Shown here piece by piece: positions 38,801-64,000 of a stretch of DNA of 64,000 bases (position 1 is its first letter; the number at the start of each line of letters is the position of its first letter). Source of the stretch: Chrysomallon squamiferum (lineage: Eukaryota; Animalia; Mollusca); assembly GCA_012295275.1 (NCBI GenBank), contig CM022672.1, positions 10,850,001 through 10,914,000 of the forward strand, written 5' to 3'. Both the position numbers and the translations under genes were made by a program. The notes below the pieces were generated by a model. That model did not search any database. It was not told the DNA's origin and worked only from the letters and a program-made list of their open reading frames with translations.

Positions 38801-40177
38801 CTGATATGTACAAAATTCATTTTCAGGACTACCTATGTATTTATTGCAGATATTTATTTTATTATTATTATTATAATTTTTTTAATTTTTCTTTTTAAAC
38901 AGGGTCGTTTCCAAGGTGAGGAAGGATACTTTCCTGCAAATTATGTGACCCTAACAAGACTCTCAGTGAGTAATCTTCTTTTTTTTTTTTTTTTTTTAGT
39001 CATTATTAAATTCCTGTTAATAACAACCCATGGCGAATTTAAATATCAGAAATGGCAAAACAAGGAAGTGAACAAAGGAAATAATAAAAATTTAAAATAA
39101 AATAAAATCAGCATTTTGACATGAGACCGGTTTATTTAATAATTATTTCATGAGATAATTATTTCCAAAGCAAATGAATTAGTTCATTTAGCAGATAACT
39201 ACACCCCTTTGACTAATTATCAATAATATACAGTTTTTGATAGACATTTCCTCTTTAAATTGTAACAGAGTCGTCATATTTCTTAGCTGATTTTTTAAAA
39301 ATATTACAATGACAGCATCAAAACTATAATACAATATTCGTTGATTGTATCTTCATATCAGGATAAATGTATTTAAATTGTTGCCATGTTAAAATTGATT
39401 CTAGTCTCTAAAACCTGCTTATGAGGACCCAGTGCTTCGAACAGGGCCTTTAGCTGAAGTTAACAACACCTCCAGCAATAAAAGTGTCACTCATCAGAAC
39501 ATCTCCATGTTTTCTTGGTAGGGTGTCACAGGAAATCAGCTGTCAATAGTCACCTATCAGAATTTGTTGCATGTTGTTACCATGCAGTTGTGTTTTCTAA
39601 CAGCAAAGTGTTGTTTGCATGTCGAATGATTTCTGTGTACTACTCAAAAATATTCTTTTTTTTCACTTCCGTATCTTTATACTTTTATTATTATTATTAT
39701 TTTATTTATTTAAAAATTCAGTTTAATCAAATATAGTTTATTAAAAGAGTGTCCATTCCTTATTTAAAAAATACTTGCTAGCTGGAGATATAGCATTTAT
39801 ATTATTACAGTTTTACAGTGGCCAATATTATTCTTAAACATTTGCCCACAGCTTTTGACAGTTGACTGAATTTTTTTCTTCTTCTTCTTTTTTATCAGTA
39901 CTTATTTATTAAATTTAAGAAAAATAAATAAAATAATAATAATTTATTTTATTTTATTTTATTATTTATTAATAAAAAAATTTTTAGCCAATCATTTTTT
40001 AAAATGCAAATATTAGAATAATTGTATAATACACACAAAATATATTTTAAATAATGACAGCTGTTGAAAACTAGATATGATATGTTACATGTTAATCTGA
40101 AGAAATAAAGAATATCATTTGCTTAACACAAAACAATTTCCTATCCATCCTAGATATTTAGATTTTTTTATATATTA

Positions 40178-40226
<49 letters not shown>

Positions 40227-41250
40227 TTTGTTATTATTATTTTTTTAAACTAATTTTTTTTTTTTTTTACTTTTTTTATGAACTGAATGAAGACTACACA
40301 ATTTTATTGCATGGCTTTGTGCTACATCTCAACTCCACACATCTGAAAAAGCATTCTCTTTTTCTCATAATTAAAATTAATGAAAATGTAAAGCTATTTA
40401 TTTATTTTATTTGTTTGACGGGGAAAAAAATTAAAAGTTCACAGATAATCTTTTTCAAAACTGAAGAAAAGAATATACATTTGTTTTGTTAAACAAATCT
40501 TGTTTTATTTGAAATTGTCTTCTCCTGGATTTATACAAAATATTTTAAAACAGCCTTATTAAATTATATCTAATCTATTTATTTTTTTTTTTTTTTTTTT
40601 TTTAAATAAAATAATTAAATATCTATTAAATTCGATAAAACTGAATAAGAGTAAATTATCAAACTATAAGTTGATTACAGGGAACTATTCTTCAGGTGTT
40701 TGGAGGTGGTAATTTCTTTTTTTTTTTGTTGTTGCATTGTTATTTCTTTTCTTTTCTTTTCTTTTGACATCACTTCTTGTTTCAGAGGAAAACTTCCTAT
40801 CTGTCTGTAGACATCAGTGACAAGTCTACTAGTAATCATGACCCCATTGTTAGCTTAAACAGCAATTCTTCAAGTAGTCCATATTTGAATGTGCCTGACC
40901 TCAACTCATGTCCTTGGTATGTAGTTTCTAGTACAGCAGACTTGTGTTCATAGTGTGAGTTTATGGGTAATGACTGGTATGTATTAGTAGTTCATGCATT
41001 GATTGGCATGTAATTGTCTGATGCATAATAATAGCAGATAAAAGTATGTAATACAAAGAATAGTATGTGTTGATTTATATACATTTAATGAACTTGATAC
41101 ATCAAAATATTATAGAATGTATTACTTCACTTTAATGATATTCCTTGTTAAAAATAATAATAGTAATAATAATTTATAGACTTCAATTTTAAACTATAAA
41201 TGGACTGTAATCAATTCTTTTTATCACATAATTAATATATTTCTGGACTG

Positions 41251-41284
<34 letters not shown>

Positions 41285-43465
41285 AACTTTATTAATTACA
41301 TTAAATTGATATGTTTTATGTAAAAGTTTGACACACTTAGGAAGAATCAAATTGCTTTTTTTTTAAAACTATTTATTACTGTAATGTTTAGTTTTCTTCC
41401 CTGTCACTGTGGCTAAAGAGACTTGTTTATGATTTGAAACAGAAGAATTTCTTTTCTTTTATCATTTCTAATTCTGTAAGATAATTCTCAGCACCATTAT
41501 CAGTTGCTTTTATTTCCTATCACAATGTATGCATTTCTTGACATCTTTAATCATGTATTCAATTATAGAAACTAAAAGGAAAGTTATTTCTATCTTTAAC
41601 TTTTAAACTGACTTGAATTTTTAAGAATTTAAAAAAAAAATAATAATAATAATAACAGCAAAATGTCTACTTAAAGTTTAATACTCAGGTAAAAATTAAT
41701 TTAATCCACATTCAGTTAACTTCATTGAAATTGATTATGTGAGGTTGTTACAAAAACAATTGTTTAATATCAGTAGTTGTAGCACTAGTTGTAGTTTTGA
41801 ATGTAATAAACATTAGCTGAGATGACCATTGTTTGTAGGTATGTGGGTGAGATGGAGAGAGAAGCAGCTCAGGCCTGTCTTGACCCTTGCCCTGATGGAA
41901 CATTTCTCATCAGACTCAGCTGTAACCAGGCAAGGAAAGGAGCTTTTTCACTCAGTATTAAGTAAGTAGTCAACTGTTTAGTATTAAGTAAGTACTGTGC
42001 TATTTACTTTTAAATAGTAAACATAAGCTCTTAAGTCACTTTCAAAATAAGAGTAAAATGTTAACCTTTTTAATTTATTTTACAAACATATTAAATTTCA
42101 ATCACTTTCCTCAATATAATTATTTTATTACATTTATTTTTCACTTAATACTAAATAGACAATATTTTTTTAGCTATTTTTGGAATGTTTTAGTAATTTT
42201 TTTCACAATTTTGCCTTTCTTGAATACAGAATTAATGGCACTAAAACAAAAATTATAAAACTTCTAATGTACTGAATCCATGATTTCAGATATGCCAATG
42301 CAGTTCGTCATATTAAAGTGAACAAAACAGTTCCTGAAGGAAAATACTATTTAGCTGAAGGAAGATACTTTGATTCTGTACCAGTATGTATGAACTAGAA
42401 TCTATTACTAATTCTGAAATATCAGTCATCAAACTTACAAGGATCTAACTGGCAAAGCAAAGATTTTCTTAATAAAAAAAAAAATATTTAAATAATAATA
42501 AAAACAACAAAAAAACATGAATTTAGAAAGGTAACTAAAATTAGGCATTTATGTTTATTACAGAGGTTGGTGGACCACTATCAGCATCATTCATTACAAG
42601 ACAGTTTCCCTGATGTTAACACAACTTTGAGAATCCCTGTCAAACAGGCATCAGGTGAGAGATTTCAATAAACATGAATATCACAGATACCTTTTTAAAT
42701 AAGTCTCAGTTATTCATTAGCAGAGCACATATGTGAAAAGTGAACAATAGCTGGATCACATTATACATATAAATTATATATGAGAGGACTTTAATGGTAC
42801 CTGCAAATCACCTATCAGTTTAATGTATGGTGAAAAAAGAGAAGAAACAAGTTGCTCTCTCATCATTTTTAAATATATAAATGTTGGTATTCCTTTTCTT
42901 CTTTTTTTTGCTGTGTCTTCAAAGTAATTTTGATTTCACTTGTTTCAACATTGTCATTTCAAGGACAAAAGGTAATAGGATATGCAGTTGCAGTGTATGA
43001 TTATGCAGCGACATCAACAACACAGCTCAGCTTGAAAATTGATGACAGGATAGCAGTGATAAGTAAAAATGGCAGTGACAAAGGCTGGTGGAAAGGAGAA
43101 AACCTTAGAACAAACAAGGTGAAATGTTCTAAAACTCTTTTTAATTAGTTTCTGAAATGAAGCATTAAAAGAGAGGTTTATATTCTTTTTTTTTTTTTTT
43201 TTTTTTAATTAAGTTATTTATTTTTCAAAGCCATAGCCATAATAATGTTTACTATGTAACAGAATCGTTTTGTTTACCAAGGGTTTATGTATGTCCGTGC
43301 AGCTTTGTGTGTGAACTATTCTACACTCAGCAGCATTTTGTGAGTAAATCACACTAAATGCTTTAATATTTTGAAATGATTTCTAATGATATTTTTTACT
43401 TACTGTGTTTTGTTTTTCAGATTGGTTACTTTCCACTGGCATATGTTCAGGATGAAGATTATTAG
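12744..43465 (+). CDS. VAV: Vav-family guanine nucleotide exchange factor (CH, acidic, DH, PH, C1, SH3, SH2, SH3), about 845 aa
   Basis: Exons with GT-AG and consistent phase: 12744-12950, 14189-14305, 14663-14718, [15554-15631 or 16961-17035], 17879-17981, 18330-18428, 19024-19092, 19467-19664, 20241-20336, 20596-20661, 20831-20904, 21475-21493, 24778-24869, 28866-28911, 36397-36489, 36817-36926, 37241-37330, ~37831-37860 (2-nt discrepancy, see findings), 37993-38040, 38277-38306, 38571-38686, 38903-38965, [39405-39517 or 40786-40916], 41839-41961, 42290-42383, 42564-42654, 42964-43118, 43421-43465 (TAG). Hallmarks: [78 protein letters not shown]. Confidence 0.95.
15554..15631 (+). CDS. VAV: vav alternative exon A of acidic region ([27 protein letters not shown])
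   Basis: TATAG| acceptor, AC|GTAAGT donor, 78 nt, phase 2-2, homologous to exon B. Confidence 0.75.
16961..17035 (+). CDS. VAV: vav alternative exon B of acidic region ([26 protein letters not shown]; Y142-equivalent)
   Basis: TTCTAG| acceptor, TT|GTAAGT donor, 75 nt, phase 2-2. Confidence 0.88.
17879..21493 (+). CDS. VAV: vav acidic (Y160/Y174-equivalent) and DH-domain exons, ending in a 19-nt exon (21475-21493)
   Basis: EEIYDSV..EDIYDDL; [13 protein letters not shown]; [11 protein letters not shown]; [20 protein letters not shown]; YVNEVKRD; SIVDLRM. Confidence 0.92.
22568..22603 (+). CDS. VAV: Candidate vav cassette exon, 36 nt ([12 protein letters not shown])
   Basis: TTCTTCTGTTTCCATAG| ... 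GAG|GTTTGT; phase 0-0 matches the host intron. Confidence 0.55.
23412..23451. repeat. (CT)n microsatellite
   Basis: Direct inspection. Confidence 0.95.
24778..38306 (+). CDS. VAV: vav PH and C1 domain exons
   Basis: [15 protein letters not shown]; [16 protein letters not shown]; GDTYSFKD; [20 protein letters not shown]; [17 protein letters not shown]; HKECIG. Confidence 0.9.
26302..26319 (+). CDS. VAV: Candidate vav microexon, 18 nt (S-RSAEK-R)
   Basis: TTAACAG| ... AAG|GTAAGG; phase 2-2 matches the host intron; no stop. Confidence 0.4.
29830..29895. repeat. (ATT)n microsatellite
   Basis: Direct inspection; explains the poly-Ile ORF. Confidence 0.95.
30589..30609 (+). CDS. VAV: Candidate vav microexon, 21 nt (MVEKLLW)
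   Basis: TGCATTCCTTGCTTAG| ... TGG|GTAAGA; phase 0-0. Confidence 0.6.
32876..32899 (+). CDS. VAV: Candidate vav microexon, 24 nt (APDKKLKD)
   Basis: CTAAT branch-like motif, TTGTTTCAG| ... GAT|GTAAGT; phase 0-0. Confidence 0.6.
35480..36170. repeat. Diverged minisatellite, about 97-114 bp unit, about 6-7 copies
   Basis: Core TGTCACTGAYATATAC recurs at about 35485, 35599, 35708, 35805, 35916, 36013. Confidence 0.85.
38571..43465 (+). CDS. VAV: vav SH3-SH2-SH3 exons
   Basis: [25 protein letters not shown]; WYVGEMER..FLIRLS..HIKV; [21 protein letters not shown]. Confidence 0.92.
39405..39517 (+). CDS. VAV: vav alternative SH3-SH2 linker exon A ([12 protein letters not shown]...NISMFSW)
   Basis: TTCTAG| acceptor, TG|GTAGGG donor, phase 0-2, open frame ending in the first two bases of the SH2 Trp codon. 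Confidence 0.7.
40786..40916 (+). CDS. VAV: vav alternative SH3-SH2 linker exon B (RKTSYLSV...[13 protein letters not shown])
   Basis: TTTCAG| acceptor, TG|GTATGT donor, phase 0-2, same Trp junction. Confidence 0.8.
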
Positions 43466-44811
43466 CTGCAGTGTTTAAAAGCAGCCAGTTTTGTGTTATT
43501 ATTAAAAACCAAGTGGATGAAGTTTTTTCAATAAAATACTTTGTCAAACTTTAAAAAAATAAAAAAAGCCCTAATTAAAATGTGCTTTATGCTTTAAAAA
43601 ACAAAACAAGAAAAACATTATTAACTTTGCAAAATAATTATCCAATAAAATGAAATGGACACTCACATACGTACATGAAAACGTTTGTTATATATACATA
43701 TATGATGTGTTAGCTGTACATAATAATATAAATACTGTATTAAAAGGTCACACTGTGAATACTGTGTAATTTATATATTGGAAGAAATTATTAGTATACT
43801 GGTGTCTTGTAACTCGGAGGAATATTAACACAAGTTTGAAAAATATATCACTCTTTTGGTATCATGTATTGAAGCAGACCATTTAAAATAGAGAGTTTAA
43901 TAGCAGGCATAACAATAATTCAGTAAAGTATATTTTATACAGATGCAGGTGAAAATGAGATATGCATTGATTACTCATCACATTAATAAATTGTCTAAAT
44001 CATGTGATCATTAACTTGCATTCTGATATCAAGAATTGAGAACCAGTTCTTCATAAAACTAAATTTTTGGTTTTGTTAAATCAAATATTTTTCAAATCAT
44101 AATAAATTCAATAGATTCATTTTAAGTTTTTCTGAAGTCCATATTAACGAAACATCAGACAATCATTTGTAAATAAGATACTGTAAAATCAAGCATGAAT
44201 TAATGATGAATTTTAGTAATAAATCATGAAACATAAAAATTGTGGATATTAATTTTATCTATATATTTTTGATAACTGGCAAATAATCCAGGCTAACTGT
44301 AGAAATTTATATATACAATAGTTTTCACTTTTCTATTAGTCTTAGGGAGGTGTCCCAAATTTCTGACTGAACTTAAACTTTCCATCATTCTGAATAATCG
44401 TAGAGCATTATCGGAATATGTCGGCATTTTGTCAAGTGATAATCACATTATCTGCTTTTAGAAAAGTCTGAATGAAGAAAGAATGCAGCCCCTAAAATTA
44501 TCACATATTTAGTCACTGTCACAGTACAAATTTATATCAATCAAAAATATGTAATGAGTAATTTTTTTATAAATGTAAAATATATATGAAAGTTCAAACT
44601 AATTATATTTGTTAGTATGTATTATAATGATATAATGATACTAGAGTTACCTAAATAGATAGCCATTGTATGTGCACAGAAATGTAGATAATGCATTTTA
44701 CTGCAATGATATAAACTTTCATTACTAGTTGCTGCTGTTTGAGTAAGATATATGTACATAAAACACCTATCTAAGTTCTTATCTATCTGTCTGTCTATAT
44801 AAATATATATA

Positions 44812-44819
<8 letters not shown>

Positions 44820-44854
<35 letters not shown>
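44820..44854. repeat. (TA)n microsatellite downstream of the vav stop
   Basis: Direct inspection. Confidence 0.95.
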
Positions 44855-44856
<2 letters not shown>

Positions 44857-47800
44857 TTCAGTCTGTGTTTATGGTATTAGGCTGTGAATACAACTATTTC
44901 AAAGTGCTTCCAAATATAGGGTGGGTTTTTAAAGAATTTTCCATAATTTTATTTTTTTATTTATTATTCTTTAATTTAATTTAATTTTAATAATAATATT
45001 TTTGTTGTTATTATTATTATCATTATTATTATTATTGTTGGAATTTTTCTCTTTTTCATTTTTTTTTTAGTAATTATATTTACTTTGTTTTGTTTAAACA
45101 AAGTAAATATAATTACTAAAAAACCAAACATTTTTATATCATTTTTGTTTTTTTAAGTTTCTGTCTTAAAGATGAAAATAAAGGAAAAACATTTTCTCTC
45201 TTTCTTTCACTTTTTTTTTTATTAATTACTGGTCATTCTTAATTAAAATGCTGATGACTTCCAGGTTCTGCCAAAATACATGTTGTGAATTTGCAAAGCT
45301 TTGTAGCTAATATTTTATTAAATGTGTTACAGAAACATACATTTGTTTCTTAACATTACAGATGAAAAACAAAATGTTATAATTTTTTCTTAAATTATTT
45401 ATCTAATATTAAATTATAGGCGTTGGTTATTTATTTTTATTCTTTTTGTTTATGTATAAATATTCTTTGTCAGTTTATACAGAATACTTCTGATCAGTGA
45501 TATTTTGAAATACACAAAGATGTGTTAGTTGTATTTGAATGTAGAAATTATAGTCTGATGTAAATAAGTATATGCATGGAGATGCTTGAAAATAATGCAA
45601 ATTGTGATTTTAATGTTTTGTTCTATTTTTTTTTTTATTATTATTATTCTTGTTTTCACTTTCGTTGAATTTTTCTCTTTAAATAATTGATTAGCAAGTA
45701 CATGTTGCCTGTTTTTGTAGATGTAAATAATAATTTGGCTAAATTTGAAAGAAATTATTTTAAGATTAATTATGAGAACATCAAAATAACTTGCAGATTC
45801 TTTTCTTTGGAATGTCATTTATAATTACAAAAGATATTGGTAGTTGTTCTCATATTTGCTAGGCTAGTGGTCAGACAGAGAAATAACAAAAAAAAAGCTG
45901 TTCATTTCAATTTTATTCAACTGTTTTTAAATATTTTAAATTTTAAAAAAATGTTTTTTATTTTTATTATCATTAATATATATTTTTTTTTACCCCTATG
46001 GGGAGTGTCTTTTTTCAATATACCATTATAAATATTTTCTTTTATATATATATATATATAGTTTTTACATTTAATTTTTTTTTAAATATTAATATAATTG
46101 TAGAATATAAAAACAAAAATATTAGCAAATGAATAAAAATATTCTAATCCTTTTATATAAACATGCCTTGTATATTTTAAACATTACAAATATATAATCT
46201 ACTATAAAAGAAACACAATTTAAAAAGATGTTCAGAAAGCAATCATTTATATTTTCAGTAAATATTTAATTGTATATTTTGTGTTTGTACCACACTGTCA
46301 TACAACACTGACCTGTGCATTTGTATATAAATATTCTGAAAATGAATCTTGCAGTAACTAGAGATGTTAATGTTATTTTTAAAGTGTGTGAGATTTGCTA
46401 TGTATATATTGGAAAACTAGCATAACTGTATTTGCAAGATTTCAATGTGTAATATTACTGATCTGTCAGTCTGTCAAATAGGGGCAGGTGCTTAGAGAAA
46501 GGGGAGTTTTGTCTTCAATATGGAATCATTTTCTTAAATAAGATGGGGAAAAAGAGGGTTTGGTGAATACATAATGGGCACATCCCACCACATGGATTCA
46601 CTTATATTAACACAGTTATTATCTGTCATGCATTTATTTTGTATTTTACAAGACAAATTATCTCTGTTCTTTTTTCTCTCTTTATCTTTATTAATTTTTT
46701 TGAATTTACTTAAGCATTTTTTGTTTGCCAATGATCAGTTAAGAAAATACATAATCGCAGTATTATGCATTTTGATTACTGTATGAAGATGGTGGAAATA
46801 TGATATCCAGTCAGTTTTGGGATTTGAATTATGTGCTCTCTCTTTACATTATTCTGAAGACTTTTGATATCCGCTCTGTCTCATAAAATAATAGAAAGCA
46901 TAGGATGAAAACGTGGTGGTATTTTTCACACCAGGTAGAAATATATATATATATATATATATATATTTAAAGTAAAGCTTCTATCAAAATTTTAGTAACA
47001 AATATTTAATCATTCAACAGAGAATACAAGAAGGCAGCAATAATTTAAAATTTAATTAAAATATTTTTCTTTAGTATTTCAAAAATAAAAATGATAGTGA
47101 AATAATTTAACTAAGTTAATATCCATTTGTCTTCTATGTTTTAAAGTTGTTTTCAGAATAAAAATGTAGAGAATTTGTAAATAATTAGGAAGTTTTGTAA
47201 TTCACTCACAATCTACTGTCACAAAGTGTTTGTCCTAGTCACCTATTTTTTTTTTTTTTTTTTTTTTTAAATGGCCATACTTTGTTACAAGTAAGATAAG
47301 ATTTAGAGACAAAACATTGTTTTACTGTTTATTTCATTATTTATTAACTAATTAATTAATTTATTTTATTTTATTTATTTGTTTTTTATTGTTTATTTTT
47401 TGTTGATTTCTCACATTGAAATGATTTTGTATGTTACTCAATTGTTAAGTTTCTGTCTGTTAGTAACTTCCAAAACATGATGAACGTTAAATGTTGAAAC
47501 AACTGAACTAAAATAAGCATTAGAAATAAAAAATTAATTTTATTTCCTTTCCCTGCCCCTATTTTATTATTTAATATAATTCAACAATTTCAAGGTTTAA
47601 CAAAATATATAATATTCATTTTTATCATCTGTCTATCTAAGCTCAGTATCATTTCTATTTTACTTCAGATAACTATCAGTAAAAGGTTATTAGTCATTAT
47701 TTTAAACACTTTGCTCTTCAATAACTCCAAAACCAAAAACAGAACTTTCCAGTAGACTGTTTTGTAATATAGGGACCATAGAAAATGTAGAGACCATATT

Positions 47801-48068
47801 ATTTTTCTTTTAAATATGGATCAGCTTTGTTTAATTATTTCTGATGTGTGCTCTTCTTTTCTTTTTTTTAGCTTTTTCTTTTTATTTTACATACTCTGGT
47901 CTTTAAAAACTATTTCATCAGATAAGCTCATGTGAATGTTGCAATTATTCATTTGTAAAATACAATCATCTGTATGTGGAAATACTGACACCATGAAAAT
48001 AAATATTGATATATATATAGCACTTAATTAACTTGATTGTCTGTTTTATGTTTCTGTTCAAATTGTAT

Positions 48069-48072
<4 letters not shown>

Positions 48073-48128
<56 letters not shown>
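48073..48128. repeat. (CT)n microsatellite
   Basis: Direct inspection. Confidence 0.95.
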
Positions 48129-48134
<6 letters not shown>

Positions 48135-48603
48135 TATCCATCTATTACCAGTCATTAAATAATGAATTTATTTAATAAATTATTATTATTACAGAAATGA
48201 TGAAATGAAAATGGCAAATAACAATAACCAGAAATGTTCATTTTATTTACGAACTGAAAGAGAAAAAAGTTATCATCCTCATTATTGTTATTAATAACTA
48301 CATACTCTACTATTACTCTCAACATTTTCAAGTCAAATAAAAAATATATAAAAGGTAATAAATATGTGTGTATGTCTGTGTATGTATGTTTAGACACTGG
48401 ATTTTAGATATCAGCTATTTTAATCTTTTTCATTGTATGAAACTAAAGGCCAACACCAAGATTGTTATCACTTTGGTACAAACTGATCCCATCATTTAAC
48501 TAATTGTTATCAGTTATTTTGACCCACAATTCATCTCAATCAGTAATGTACTTTGCAGTACCTATCTGTGGCAGTCTATGATAACATGTTTGGTGTTGTT
48601 AAC

Positions 48604-48654
48604 CGGGGAAAATTCTCAATTTAAAACCTCATCGTTTTTTAGTATATATAAAAA
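48604..48654 (+). promoter_or_regulatory. Possible SRCR promoter: kappaB-like GGGGAAAATTCTC plus TATA-like TATATAAA
   Basis: Motifs about 180-225 nt upstream of the ATG; imperfect Rel consensus in AT-rich DNA. Confidence 0.3.
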
Positions 48655-48828
48655 TATCTTCATTTTTTTTCCTCTCTATTTGTTTCATTGAATTTTTTAA
48701 CTGAATTATTTTTCAATTATTAAAACAATTTGGAGTTAAATTAACTCCTTGTGATTTTCAACACTCTTATGTTAATCTGAAACATCATTTCACTGGAATT
48801 TGAATCTCTTTGTACAAACATTTTAAAG

Positions 48829-63797
<14,969 letters not shown>

Positions 63798-64000
63798 TCT
63801 GTTATATATTATTATTAAAAACTTTTATGATCAAATTTATTAAATAAAAAAGATCTCAGGATATATTATTATTTAAAACTTTTCAAAACCATTTTAATTA
63901 AATAACTTGAGATTTTATTAAATCACTTATTTAAATACATTAGGTTATACATCATTATTTAAAACTTTCTTAAATAACTGAGCTAAATATATATTATTAA

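Overview
AT-rich, intron-rich animal genomic DNA with many microsatellites; the proteins look lophotrochozoan, probably molluscan (inference). Three protein-coding genes were reconstructed by hand from splice sites and reading frame. (1) RABEPK (Rab9 effector p40, kelch repeats) on the minus strand: 3 coding exons, 22..5853, 420 aa. (2) A Vav-family Rho GEF on the plus strand (CH-acidic-DH-PH-C1-SH3-SH2-SH3): about 28 coding exons, 12744..43465, about 845 aa, head-to-head with RABEPK at a CpG-rich promoter with an ETS motif near 12.5 kb. (3) A secreted protein with nine group-A SRCR domains: 48829..63797, about 1017 aa. The main points of interest are a 113-aa ORF ending in a CaaX box (CVVM) just 5' of the RABEPK ATG, possibly in the same exon (candidate bicistronic transcript); two pairs of apparently mutually exclusive vav exons (acidic Y142 exon, SH3-SH2 linker); at least four in-frame candidate vav microexons in the DH-PH linker and PH loops; loss of one zinc site in the Vav C1 domain; and a CpG-rich promoter-like island in SRCR intron 1. 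All gene models are manual and lack transcript support.
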